A stretch of 63,645 nt of DNA, the filler included, from Dicyema japonicum (lineage: Eukaryota > Animalia > Dicyemida), in the NCBI GenBank assembly GCA_011109175.1. It is 7 parts of 7 records of this genome, joined end to end, with 100 filler letters (N's around TTAATTAATTAA, not from the genome) between each part and the next. Parts side by side here need not be neighbours in the genome. Positions count along the whole stretch, not along the records: positions 27,813 to 39,644 come from RDEW01000076.1; positions 39,745 to 52,602 come from RDEW01000221.1; 5 more parts are not named here. One strand, given 5' to 3'. The notes beneath the pieces are model-generated. The model was not told the DNA's origin. It made no database searches and was given only the letters and a program-made list of their open reading frames with translations. Both the position numbers and the translations under genes were made by a program. Numbering within the stretch: the stretch's first letter is position 1; each line of letters starts with the position of its first letter. Positions 38,735-51,274 of this stretch are shown here, piece by piece.

Positions 38735-39644
38735 AAGCTCCTTACGTTCAATGCTAGAGGCTTATCTACGACCTGGTCGAGGAAGATCTATGTGACGACC
38801 TGGAGAAATACGACGTATCCATTGGTGCCTACAAGAGACGAAAGTTACTTGTAGCCTTGATGAGAACTATGGCGATTATTGAATAATATGCCTACCGAGC
38901 GACTCAAAATATTATGAACTTGGATTTGCCATCCACTCAAAGTTTACAAGTGCAGTCCACCGTATATGGAATGTGAATGACAAAATCTGTGTTATACAAA
39001 TCCGTCTATACGACTTACCTCTTTCGAAGAGCTTTCTGACAATTATAAATGTTTATGCACCACACTGCGAGAGAGTAGCTAAAGATCCGACAGAACTAGA
39101 CGACTTCTATTCAACACTGTTGCGGACGTACAACGAATATGAGTTGTCATCACTAATCCTAATTGCTGGAGATTTGAATGCGACATCGGGATGACAAATA
39201 ACCCGGATGATGCTTTCTTGAGAGAACATGGACGTGAAATAAGAAACCTACTCCGGACAATACTTGGTCACAAACAACCTTTTCCTATATAATACTCATT
39301 TGCGCATCCTGCTTGCCACAAAACTACGTGGATGGGGAAGCGAAGGAACTCAGAGGGAAAGTTGGTCCCGGACAATACTTGGTCACAAACAACCTTTTCC
39401 TATATAATACTCATTTGCGCATCCTGCTTGCCACAAAACTACGTGGATGGGGAAGCGAAGGAACTCAGAGGGAAAGTTGGTACCAGCATACAACCTAATA
39501 GATTATGTCATATGCCGGACTAAAAACAAACAACTTCTAAAAAACGACTTTCATATGAAGGCTCGACGACTGTCAGCGACCACAAGATATATACAGTCCC
39601 GTGCAAATGTTACCGCCAGGGTCAAGTAATTCATAAGATAAGCA
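38735..39644 (+). mobile_element. RTE-type LINE AP-endonuclease remnant
   Basis: FNARGL, LQETK, TIINVYAP, IAGDLNA and YNLIDYVIC. Confidence 0.8.
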
Positions 39645-39744
39645 NNNNNNNNNNNNNNNNNNNNNNNNNNNNNNNNNNNNNNNNNNNNTTAATTAATTAA
39701 NNNNNNNNNNNNNNNNNNNNNNNNNNNNNNNNNNNNNNNNNNNN

Positions 39745-41954
39745 GTCCGACCCCGAATTGGGGCAGACCCCAGGGGTGGGGCACCCCCGCATTTTGGGGC
39801 ATTTTTTTTGGCCAACATTTTGGCAGACTAAAATGGAAAATCGATAAAAAATATGGAAATTTTGGGGCACTATAAAATTGTGGGGAATGGAATTATAAGT
39901 AAATAAAATTATATTTTATTAATAAATATATAATTTTAATTTACACGTTTATTTACATTTTTTGTTGTGAATGGTTATTAACTACGAAACAAAATTAACG
40001 ATTGCTAAATTGATATTGAAGAAAAAATTATCTGAAAGACAGATAATAAAAAATACAAAACTAGTAAAGGCATGATTTCGCGAATAAAAAAAACAATTGT
40101 ACCTTTTCTTGAACAAGGATGAGGATCTTATGCCTTATTGTAAGAAATCTAAATTCGATGATCAATATAAGGTCCTTTCATAAAGAAAATTGCCTTATAT
40201 ACGGCTTCAAAAATTGGATTTGATACTTTCAAAGCTTCAAACGGCTGGCTTGACAGATTTAAAAAGCGACATGAACTTAAATTCAAATCAATTTGTGGAG
40301 AAAAAAATTCATGTGAATTGACTTACATCAATGAGTTTTTTAAAATTCTTGACGAGAAAATTATTCAATATGGAAGACAAAATGTTTTTAATTGTGATGA
40401 AACTGCTCAACAGAAAAGTATTAATATTGCTTGATAATGCGGGATGTCATAAAACTATTGAATGCTCAAATATTGAGTTTTTATTTTTGCCAAAAAATAC
40501 AACACCGTATTTGCAACCATTGGATATGGGAATTATCAAGACCTTTAAAGATTATTACTCAAATTATCTGATTCAGTATTTGTGTTTTGAGGAGGATGAT
40601 GATGAATTCAAACGGTTGATAAACAAAATAAACCTTCGTCATGTAATTCTGCTAATTTTTAAAACCTGGGAAAAACTTGATCCAAGTTTAATATTTAATT
40701 GTTGGAATCAAATTGAAAAGATTCGTGATTCCGTAAAAATTGAAGATACCATTACAGAAGAAATGATCAACAATGCCGTANCCTTATTGTGAGAAATCTA
40801 AATTCGATGATCAAGTTTTAGAAATATTTCAGAATCTACGCGAAGATAAGGTTCCAACATCAGGTCCTTTCATAAAGAAAATTGCCTTATATACGGCTTC
40901 AAAAATTGGATTTGATACTTTCAAAGCTTCAAACGGCTGGCTTGACAGATTTAAAAAGCGACATGAACTGAAATTCAAATCAATTTGTGGAGAAAAAAAT
41001 TCATGTGACTTGACATACATCAATGAGTTTTTTAAAATTCAAGATTCTTTTGATCAGTTAGAGAAGAAAATTTTTTAAATATCTCCTGAAATGCTCAAAG
41101 AATTTTACGATTTTCGACTTAATTTTATGAAAAATGTAAGAAGTAAAGGATAAATGAATTAACTGATTATTATTCTAAAATTGATTTTTGATGTTTAAAA
41201 TCTCTGTTTTATTAAACCCCTGTNAAATAAAATTATATTTTATTAATAAATATATAATTTTAATTTACACGTTTATTTACATTTTTTGTTGTGAATGGTT
41301 ATTAACTACGAAACAAAATTAACGATTGCTAAATTGATATTGATGAAAAAATTATCTGAAAGACAGATAATAAAAAATACAAAACTATTAAACGCATGAT
41401 TTCGCGTATAAAAAAAACAATTGTACCTTTTCTTAACCCGGATGAGAATCTTATGCCTTATTGTGAGAAATCTAAATTCGATGATCAAGTTTTAGAAATA
41501 TTTCAGAATCTACGCGAAGATAAGGTTCCATTATCAGGTCCTTTAATAAACAAAATTGCCTTATATACGGCTTCAAAAATTGGATTTGATACTTTCAAAG
41601 CTTTAAACGGCTGGCTTGACAGATTTAAAAAGCGACATGAACTGAAATTCAAATCTATTTGTGGAGAAAAAAATTCATGTGACTTGACTTACATCAATGA
41701 GTTTTTTATAACTCAAGATTCTTTTGATCAGTTAGAGAAGAAAATTTTTTAAATATCTCCTGAAATGCTCAAAGAATTTTACGATTTTCGACTTAATTTT
41801 ATGAAAAATGTAAAAAGTAAAGGATAAACGAATTAACTGATTATTATTCTAAAATTGATTGTGATGTTTAAAATCTCTGTTTTATTAAACCCCTGTTTTT
41901 GGGGCACCTTTGCTTTTTGGGGGGGTGGGTGAGATACAATTCGGGGTCGGACTG
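39745..41954 (+). mobile_element. pogo/Tigger element with TIRs (CENP-B HTH + DDE remnants, triplicated in the assembly)
   Basis: (CA)GTCCGACCCCGAATTG at 39745 and CAATTCGGGGTCGGACTG|TA at ~41937-41956. Motifs FKASNGWLDRFKKRH, VFNCDET and LDNAGCH..LPKNTTPYLQPLDMGII. Confidence 0.88.
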
Positions 41955-42840
41955 TATATTGCATATCAAGTCACAAGTAGTCTAGAATAACTTTAGATCA
42001 TGTAATGATCTTGAATCTCTAAATGAATACAATTATATGGAAAGAACCTATATTCCATAACAATTCACAAGTGTTTTTTAATGATCCAGAATTTTTAATG
42101 GCATCCATTTATACATATATAGAACTTTATTGCATACCTAAACCACTTATCCAAAAGTACTCCACACCATGAAATGTTCAAACATTCAATTGACTTCAAG
42201 TGAATTGGAATGATTTAAATATAATAAATATTATGTGCATTACAGAATTTGTCCACTCCCTTGTTAGTCTTGGATAACTTAGATAGTTGAGAACTGATTT
42301 CTTTTCTTTAACCCTTGATCGTGGGGTATAATAATATTACATAATTGATATTTTTTTCTTTTACATCGAAACGGCGTTGTGACGAGAATATCGATATTCG
42401 TTTCATTTTCATTTTAAACTAGATCTCAACTTACAAACGCTGATTTGACTTCGAATTCACATACATCGTGATGAACTACTCAGGCATAAAATCCTTTGTG
42501 GGTATTATTTCCCTTTCCAAAACAACAAGACAAATTAATTTATTTATGAATGAGAATTTATTTGACTTCTCTTTAAATTCACATTGAAAAATGCAGCGAT
42601 TTTTTTCCAGTCACTTTCGGGCTCAATTGAAATTTCAGTCCACATAATAGATTTGCGAACTTAATATTCCCATGCTCTTGTCAATGGCTGAAAATTCAAC
42701 AGTAAATACACTCGGATCCCATAAATACACTCTTTATAACCCTCTTTGTATCTGTATTTTGTATTTCTAGTTTGCGTTGGAATTAGAAATATAATTATTA
42801 CAAAATCTTTTAAAATAATAAAATTAACAAGTTCATTAAT

Positions 42841-43335
42841 TTAAGGTTTTATTATCTGTGTAATATAATCTGGTTGTTTTTGATTGAATTGGTCGTATTT
42901 TTTCTGGCATTTATTGATTTTAATATTCCAAGTTTGCTCTTTCGGCATTGGTGATAACCATCGAACGGCTGAATTGGCAAAAGTTCGATATAGCAACAAT
43001 TCTCTTTCATTAAGAGGGCCTGTTCTTTTCCTTCTCAAAATTCCTTCATTTTCTCGTAAAGAAGATGATGTTTTTTTAGACTCACATTTGTATATAACAA
43101 CAGTCAACACAATAAATATCGCACTTCCCCCGACAATAATCGATGTTATCCCAAAAATGTGCAAAATATTTTTGGCAGGTACAATTTTGGATGTTGGCAC
43201 ATTTTTTTCCAAAGTAAAGGAAACTAAAATAACAAAAACTCCAATCGTAAGAAAACAAATTCCTATCAAATTTATAAAATTTAGTGGAAAATGGATAGGA
43301 TGATATCTTAGACATATTTTCTTAAACTTTTTCAT
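42841..43335 (-). CDS. Intronless hypothetical membrane protein, ~164 aa, two TM helices + basic tail
   Basis: ATG 43335. Hydrophobic runs FINLIGICFLTIGVFVILVSF and IFGITSIIVGGSAIFIVLTVVIY. A long ORF in very AT-rich DNA. Confidence 0.5.
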   Translation of the reverse strand: MKKFKKICLRYHPIHFPLNFINLIGICFLTIGVFVILVSFTLEKNVPTSKIVPAKNILHIFGITSIIVGGSAIFIVLTVVIYKCESKKTSSSLRENEGILRRKRTGPLNERELLLYRTFANSAVRWLSPMPKEQTWNIKINKCQKKYDQFNQKQPDYITQIIKP

Positions 43336-43929
43336 GCACCTATAGTTGCGCACTATTATTGATATAACGAAAAGGAACAGATGCAATTATTGACATTAAT
43401 AATTAAAACACTTTAAAAACAAAATGAGGATGCAACTGTTCAAACATATGAGATTTACGTCGAGAATACAGAGGCCATTAGCCAAAATGAAAATTGAGAC
43501 GTACATGTACACATATATGTCTTTTCTTGAGCATTGATGAGATGGTAGATATAATACCTAAGTTCCAATGATTGTAGGATCTGTATTTGAATTCCAAACT
43601 TAAAAGATGTCATTTGGAAATACTTAGGGCAATTTTATGGCAACTAAAATTTCTAAAAAATGGCATCCATGGCAATTAAAATTTCAAAAATGGCATCTAA
43701 AAAAATTAATATGTCGTGAGCGACCGAGTGCAGAAAGCGAGTGTGACACCTGTCAAACCTATCAATCTAATTGAATCTATAATAAAAAAAAAGAAAAAGA
43801 AAATCACTAAATTTTTCTATTAAGTCAAATTATTCTTGACGTTATTAACATTTATTATTTTTTTATTTTATGGAAATTAAAATAATTTTTTGTTAGCATA
43901 CCACACCACAAATAAAATATTATCCACGC

Positions 43930-44030
43930 TAGTCAAGGGATTGTGGAGAGATTTAACCAGACGATCATAGGAAGTTTGTCGAAAATGATGAGTTTGGATA
44001 ATAAAAAGGAGTGGGTGAGATACATAAAAT
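43930..44030 (+). mobile_element. Integrase remnant (Ginger/Gypsy type)
   Basis: SQGIVERFNQTIIGSLSKMM...WV. Confidence 0.55.
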
Positions 44031-44244
44031 CTACCATTTAAATTTGTCAAATCTATAACTTTAAATTTTTTTCAGGTCATTTTCAGGTCGTCTATAAGAA
44101 GAAAATGGATAGTTGCATATGTCACAATAGACGGATCACTCTGATCAATACATATTTAAGGGAGTTTTATATCTAATATTCGGCTTAGTGGGTCCATTAC
44201 CAGAGTAAACAGCTGGGGAGAGAGTGAGTCTCTTTGCATGGATT

Positions 44245-44915
44245 TGGGAATTATTAAAACATTCGAAGTCCACTTTAATAGACACAAATTGGAGTATCTT
44301 AGTGGATTATTGGAAAAAAATATGTCAGTTTATGATAAAAATGAACTTTAAAGACACTGTTCTATTTATAAAAATGGCCTGGGAAGATGTATCCCCTAAA
44401 ACAATCAAAAATTGTTTTCAAATTCTAAAAAATCGGGTACTAGCACACCTTTAGTAAATGTGAAACTAAGTAATAATATCTAATACGTATATTCACGATC
44501 CGATTGAAATCGAATAATTTATGTCTATAAATTATTCTAAAAAAAATGCAATAGATGAAGAAGAAATAGCATCATTAATTGATGATAATGAAGTTATCAT
44601 CCATGAAGATATTACAGAATTGAAACCCCTTAAAAGAATGAAATAGCATCAAAGTTAAGCAATATTAAAAAGGATCTTCTTGAGAACGTTAAAAACGAAG
44701 TGGATGTCGTATTTATTACATCTATTAGACGATTTAATGCAAATATTAGAAATTTAGATAAGAAGCAAATGGGAAATGATTTTTTTCAATAAAATTTAGA
44801 ACTTTATTTTTTAGATAGATTTGTTTTCGTAATAAAATCAAATTTAGTTATTTTTATCGATGAGAAGTTACCCAATAACTATTGATTAAATTCTGAAATT
44901 TGCCAATTCCCAAAT
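44245..44915 (+). mobile_element. pogo/Tigger 3' remnant whose terminus continues at 48051-48110, after the CRE insertion
   Basis: Homologous to 22741-23490. CAAATTTGCCGCAAAAAATGGTGGAAT..GGCAAATTT at 48057-48100 matches the reverse complement of 22741-22795. Confidence 0.75.
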
Positions 44916-47900
44916 CAGCTTGAATCATGGAGCCGATCATACGAACCAACTCATCTGCTTGGGGCCAAGGATTCCTGACGTTTCCACCGCGAATGGAACA
45001 AAAAGATACTCCTCCGAAATTCTCTGGTACTTCCTCCTCTTTCGTTCCTCGGCCTGCTTTGAAGCATGTCCTGGGTCTGAAGCAGAAGCAACCAAATTAG
45101 ACGGGGAATAAGTATCAACACACGTCGCGTCCCAGATCAGGTTTCGTCCGTTGGCGAATAGAAAATTCGTCATCCCATCAGGGCGTTTTCCATCGTTTGG
45201 GGAAAGACCAACAGGTTCTAACAGGCAATGGAGTCCAGCAGAGGCAAGGGAATTCTTTAATGTCATGTTAAGACAGGAGTGCCTGGGGAAACGACCCGCA
45301 CTCATCTTGCATGACAAGGGATGATAACCAAAAGGATCGATCCAACGTCCACAGCGGCATTTTCTTTCGGCACACAATTTAAGACCAAGACGAAGCGAGG
45401 TAGCTATTCTCACAGCCTCATCATCCAACAGGTTTCCAATTTCGGCAGATGGATAAGCGTTCATCCAGGCCTCCGTCGAGTGACAACTGGCTGTTTTGAG
45501 ACAGGCAAGCCTTCTTACATCTTTTGTCTTTTCAAGGGACTCTTTCTTTTTTTCGAAAATACAAAACAAATAAGACTTTTGCTTATCACAATTGGCCGGA
45601 GCATTCAGGTACAAATTCATCCATTCATTCCAGGCTCCCGACGGCGTCAGCGGTACGTTTACTACGGAAGTAGAGTGAAGGACCGTATCCACTAAACGCC
45701 TTGACGAGCCGAACGAAGATAAATAGGCGCCCAAAACAACGTCCGAAGGAAGAGAAAGACTCAAACCACTGAAGGCTACAGGGAGTGAGTGAGGCCTGTA
45801 ACCATCCGAAATCATCAAAACGAACATTAAGAATGGACCCCATCGTTGACCGGATATCCATATCAATTAACGATAGAAGGTCTTTTTCAACGTAGCATGG
45901 GGATCCCCTGTAGAATAAAAAGGAGTTTTGGGAGAAGGAGACAATTCTTCAGCATAAAAAAGGCGACATGACGGTCCAAAAAACTCATCCTGTCCATACT
46001 GACGTAAATTAGTCCTCTTGCCTTCCAATAACTCCCTCACCCGGTTTACCAAAATCCCACACCCAAGGAAGTCGGGAGAATCAATATGAGTCTCCCTAAC
46101 CCTGGGATGATATCGCAGAGTTTTCTATGAAAAAGGTAGAATGAATCGGAACTCAAATTCAGATTAATTGCTTCGCACTTTTCATTGTTAAATTACAGAC
46201 CGATTTTTCCACACAAACGTCTGATCGATGCAACTTTGGAGAGAATATCATCGGGACTTCCACCGAGAATACAATCGTCCAGATACCAGACGTTTAGTGG
46301 AGTGCAACGGTCCTGGGCAATATGGTCGATAGACAAGGAAAATAGAAGAGGACCGAGTGGGTCCCCCTGTTGAATTCCGGATCCGGATAAAATAATTCCA
46401 CTGCCAAAAACAAGAAAGGATGGATCCGAATACGCGAGATATACAAAGGGATAAATCTAAGGAATCCTCCTTCTACAGGTATCAAGAACGGTGTCCCTTC
46501 TGACTGAATTGAAGGCATTCCGGAGGTCCAATTTGAATAAAACTCTGTCCTCAACATTCAATTCAGCTGATTGTGATGCAAATTCTCTTACTGCGTGGAT
46601 CTCAGCTTCACAGCCGCCATTGATTCCGACACCAAGCTGCGAAGGACAAAATTCGGCTGAAATTCGGGAGAAAACAAAACGACAAGCCATTTTTGCGGAT
46701 AAACGTCGAAATACGTTTCCAATTGCAATGGGGCGAATACCACCATCTTTCTTTCCAAGGCCCGTTAGATTCGCTGAAAAGAGGAGATTCCGACCAAAAT
46801 CAGAAACGTTTCCGGAAAGCACGCGAGCTACGAGATCCCGGGTTCGCTCCAAGAGTAGCGATCCAGGCCTGCCGACAGAATGGGACACCAAGTCTGACAT
46901 ATGGCCAGGTTTGAGACAGTCAACTCCTCCACTGCTACTTTATCGGAAAGAACAAAGAACGTTGAAAATGGCTGAAGTGGAAATATCATGCATAGATTGT
47001 TCTGGACAAACAGGTTTACAAAAGTCTTCTGGTTCTGGAGGATGTTTCCATCCCAATATACAGAGTGTCTCCTGAGTGGCTTTCACTGGGTCAGAATCCG
47101 TACAAACAGTTCGAACTGCAGCAGTAAGATCGCCCTCCATCAATTTCCTCCTGACACGAGAGCGAAGCCTCTCAAGAGCCATACTGGATTGTTTGGAATT
47201 GGACTTTGAGAAGTAATCAACTGGGGAAACAAATAATTCAATTTCCTCCTGACACGAGAGCGAAGCCTCTCAAGAGCCATACTGGATTGTTTGGAATTGG
47301 ACTTTGAGAAGTAATCAACTGGGGAAACAAATAATTCTTCAGCCAGGAATTTTCATGAATCTATAAAGGCACTCACGCGCTTCTTCAGGACATGGGATAG
47401 AGAGGGTTTCCGATAAGATGGGGCAGGCTTACGCTCTAACCCCATAGTCAGGACAGGGAAAGAGAAAAGAACCATCCAATCCTTTTTCGAGCCATTGGAC
47501 ACAGCTTTCTCAATGCAAGAAAAAAGGGCAGAAGCAATTGAGATCCGGGAAATCTTGGGGATCCTGACAGGGATAATCTTCCTTTGTCGCGTGTTTGATA
47601 ATAAAACCAGAAAATCCTCCGGAGACATGGCTTCCAGAAGATCTGATACAGATGATGATGACACAAAATGATAATGAGGTTCAATTTTAGTGAGTTCCAG
47701 ACGGCACGACCACGAGGGAAGTGATCGAGCAATTTTCATGGATAGTTTTTCACAACCTATGTGGTAGTAACCAACACATACAGAACATCGAATCCCACAC
47801 TTGCGAGAATTGGATACTCTGCCATGAGATGTCTTCGTGTAGTACATCATAAAAAACAGACATGAATAGATAATAAGAGAAAGAACTGTATATATTAACG

Positions 47901-48050
47901 ACGACAACGACGATTTTTTGTGTGACCAAGGATCCGCGAGAGACTGGTTGGTTCCGAGAACGTATCTCGTTGGCTATTTTTAGGGGAAATAGCATGGCCA
48001 TTCAGATGGCTTAATTTAATTTTTATTCATTTTAAATTAAAAAATAAATT
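44916..48050 (-). mobile_element. Near full-length CRE-clade non-LTR retrotransposon (PHD-like finger, RT, CCHC, RLE); body on -, last ~130 nt on +
   Basis: Motifs KKDGGIRPIAIG, LDLRNAFNS, GIQQGDPLGP, WYLDD, CRCG..HPLSC..RH and RPDG..WDATCVDT..FAVETSG, with frameshifts and stops. TSD AATTCCCAAAT at 44905-44915 and 48051-48061. Confidence 0.9.
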
Positions 48051-48252
48051 AATTCCCAAATTTGCCGCAAAAAATGGTGGAATTAAAAATGGCAAATTTT
48101 TGATAGTTTACTAAAACATTTTTAATTAATTTAACTAACTTTTGTAATTAATTTAACTCATAATAAAAAATGACCATTCCTTTACAAATGGCATTTTATG
48201 GCAAATAATGGCCCTAGTAATAGTGAATAGTAATTAAAAGTCCATAAAAATT

Positions 48253-49521
48253 CTAAATCTTTTTGACAAGTTGTACAACATCTTCATCACAAAGTATATG
48301 GTCCTTACCACATTTTTGAGGTTGATACTTAACAGAAGAACCCCAAACAAAAGCACTAAAAAATATAACAAAAAAACTAATTAAGTTGATGAATTATAGA
48401 TTTGTGGAGTTTATTACAGAAATCCTCAACTGTACATTTATTCTCCTTCATAACTACAGGGGCACTAAAATCAGGGACTTGACCTTTTGGTCTAGTGTAC
48501 CTAATAATCAAATAAAAATCAAACACTCTAACAAGTCCAAGTTTAAGCCACATTTTCTGAAGTAATTCGTCAAAATTCCACTTATGTTCTGCACTTATTG
48601 GCACACAGTCAGCCAACTTACACAACAACTCCAATTCCTACTATCCAAATAATCATCAACCTCAATAGAAACAGAATCAATCTTGTTTAGGATATAAATA
48701 CATGGAGTATATGTCCTATTTCCTTCCACAACGTCAATCAAGTCATCAATAGAGCAGTCTCCCTTTAGTAAAACATCTGCATGACTAATCTTGTACTCAG
48801 TTAGCAAAGAAGTGACTGTTTCAATGTCCAATTCTGACTGTTCAACCTACGATTACGATAACAATCCACCATAGTTTTGTAATTTATCCCACCTTTGTCC
48901 TTCTTCTTGAAAGAAATTGGTGGAGGTGACTTATTAAGACGTATTCCAAAACTCTCAAGTTCTTTTTCAATTATTTTCTTATGTCCCAAAGGTTTAGTCA
49001 CATCCAGTACTACAAATATAAGCATACAAGTCTTAGCAACTACACATTATACAAAACCCACCAGATATTACTTGTCTGCCTCTCCCTTTCCCGTCATTAG
49101 CTCCTTCAATAATTCCTGGAAGATCAAGCAGTTGAATTTTAGCCCCTTTGTAACGAATAACTCCAGGGACAGTTGTCAAGGTCGTAAATTCGTAGTCTGC
49201 CACCTTTGAATAAACTCCTGAAAGGTTTGAAAGTAAGGTTGACTTTCCTACTGATGGAAATCCTGGTAATCTGATAAGATAATTACCCACAAATCCAATT
49301 CTGGAATCTCCAGTTTTGGCCACTTCAAAGGATTCGTGATTGGAACTCCCACCACTGCCTTTTGGATCCATAAGTTCCCTCTTTAACTTTGCTTGGCGAG
49401 CCTTCAGCATACAAATGTGGTGCATCGTAGCTTTATTTTTTTGAGTTCTGTTCAGCTAAAAATAATACTATCATATAACCTCAGCATCAATTTCGGCAAT
49501 TCTCTCCTGTATTTTCTGCAT
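48253..49521 (-). CDS. DRG1: Developmentally regulated GTP-binding protein 1, 8 exons
   Basis: [56 protein letters not shown] and a TGS domain ending [11 protein letters not shown]. Introns of 24, 24, 22, 23, 23, 24 and 22 nt. Confidence 0.95.
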
Positions 49522-49641
49522 ATGCACTACTATATAATATAATTTGAATACACTAATATAACGTTGGAATTTTAAAAAAAGTTTTATTATTATTATTATT
49601 ATTTAAGCCAAAGAAACACCGTCTTAACCAATAACTAATAT

Positions 49642-50830
49642 TCAGGTGATCCCGGCATCTCTCAATAATCGGGCCATTTTTTCTCGATGCTCCGACCGTG
49701 ATCCCACGCATTTTCTATACGGATGGGGGTCTTTTTCCTTTCCTCTTCTGAAATTGCCTCCAGTTGCCTCTATGATAGACTCGAGTGCTCTGGGGGCAAT
49801 TTCTTCATCTGTATATTTTTCTAGTAATTTTTTTGCTCTTGACTGGATCTCTTGAATTTTTGTTAGGTTCGTTGCCGACAGGTTAGATCCCCATGCAGCA
49901 CATGCATAGCCTATTGTTGGCTCGACATACTGCTTGTAGAGGGTCCCGATACCTGGCGGATAAATTTCTTTACAATTCCAAAGGAAGGCCTTTACAAAAT
50001 TGATTTTCTTTACACAGGTTGATATGATAGATTTCACATGGGCTGAGAAGCAGAGGAAAGTATCAAAAGTTACTCCCAGTATTTTCTGCGATTTCTTTTG
50101 TGGTATAGGTACTCCATTTAACATCAATTGTTTGCGTTCTCATCTTTCTATTCTTAGTAAATAGAGTGACTGCTGACTTTTCGGAACATGCATTTAATAG
50201 ATTTTCGCACAACCACCCAAATATGTTATTTAGTATTCCTTGTAGTCTTTCTTTAGCATGTTCGACATTTACGTCTCTAGATGCGACAACTATGTCATCG
50301 GCATAAGAAAGTAGCATGTCATTATTATTCATAGGTACGGGGAGATCACTCAAAAACAAATTAAAAAGGATTGGTGACAGAGGAGATCCTTGGGGTACAC
50401 CATTGGGTAATAATCCCGATCTGGAACTCTTGTTTCCGACGGATACTTTCCCTCGGCGTCCACTTACGAAATTTGCTAACCATAACTTTAATGGTGCATC
50501 AATTTTTGTCAAAAATATTTTTCGTATGAGGATCTTCCTTGGGACAGAGTCGAAAGCTTTTTGAATGTCGATCGTACATATGACCGATTTTTCCTGTTTT
50601 GGCTTGTTCTTGTGTCCTTCAGTTATGAACTTCATTAATGTNTTTAATGGTGCATCAATTTTTGTCAAAAATATTTTTCGTATGAGGATCTTCCTTGGGA
50701 CAGAGTCGAAAGCTTTTTGAATGTCGATTGTACATATGACCGATTTTTCCTGTTTTGGCTTGTTCTTGTGTCCTTCAGTTATGAACTTCATTAATGTTGT
50801 CAGGAAGGAGGTTGTTGATAATTCTTCCTT
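49642..50830 (-). mobile_element. LINE reverse transcriptase remnant (Jockey/I-like)
   Basis: IDIQKAFDSV, GVPQGSPLSPILFN, YADD, KILGVTFD and LYKQYVEP. Confidence 0.88.
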
Positions 50831-51274
50831 GATATTATTTTTATAATAGAATTCAACTTTATTTAAGCAATAATAAAAAATTAATATTTACTACTCAACA
50901 ACACATCTTTACCAAACCATTTTCCTTTAAGTTTGGTTTGTTTCAACCGAGTGGTTTGTTTCAACCGAGTGGCGCCACGTGGTTAATTGGTTGAAGTTTT
51001 CTGCTTGCTTGTCTGTTTATCCTCTTTCTTCCTATAGAGTGGCGTCATGTGATTCACTTGTCTAAGTGGCGCCCATTGCCAGGCCGGCACGAAAAAGGAT
51101 CATTTGCTCTCCCCCACTTCACTGGAGGGGTTTCCACAGCTGCAAGTATGTACGTCTTACCTTTTATGTTGATTCCGGATAGACTCTGTTTCAGTAGAAG
51201 TGGAAACTGGATACACTTAATTAGTTGTTTACTTTAACTTCTTTCTCGGTGTATCCGGAGTTAATAAATAACAA

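Noticed and set aside
46491-47075. Plus-strand 194-aa ORF and other shadow ORFs (3774-4034, 42884-43303, 45321-45695, 48895-49209)
   Set aside because: They are antisense to recognised coding sequence and have no motifs of their own.
49521-49545. AG just upstream of start codons as a trans-splice acceptor or operon signal
   Set aside because: Present for DRG1 and WASHC1 but absent for NOP58 and ADCK5; not supportable without cDNA.
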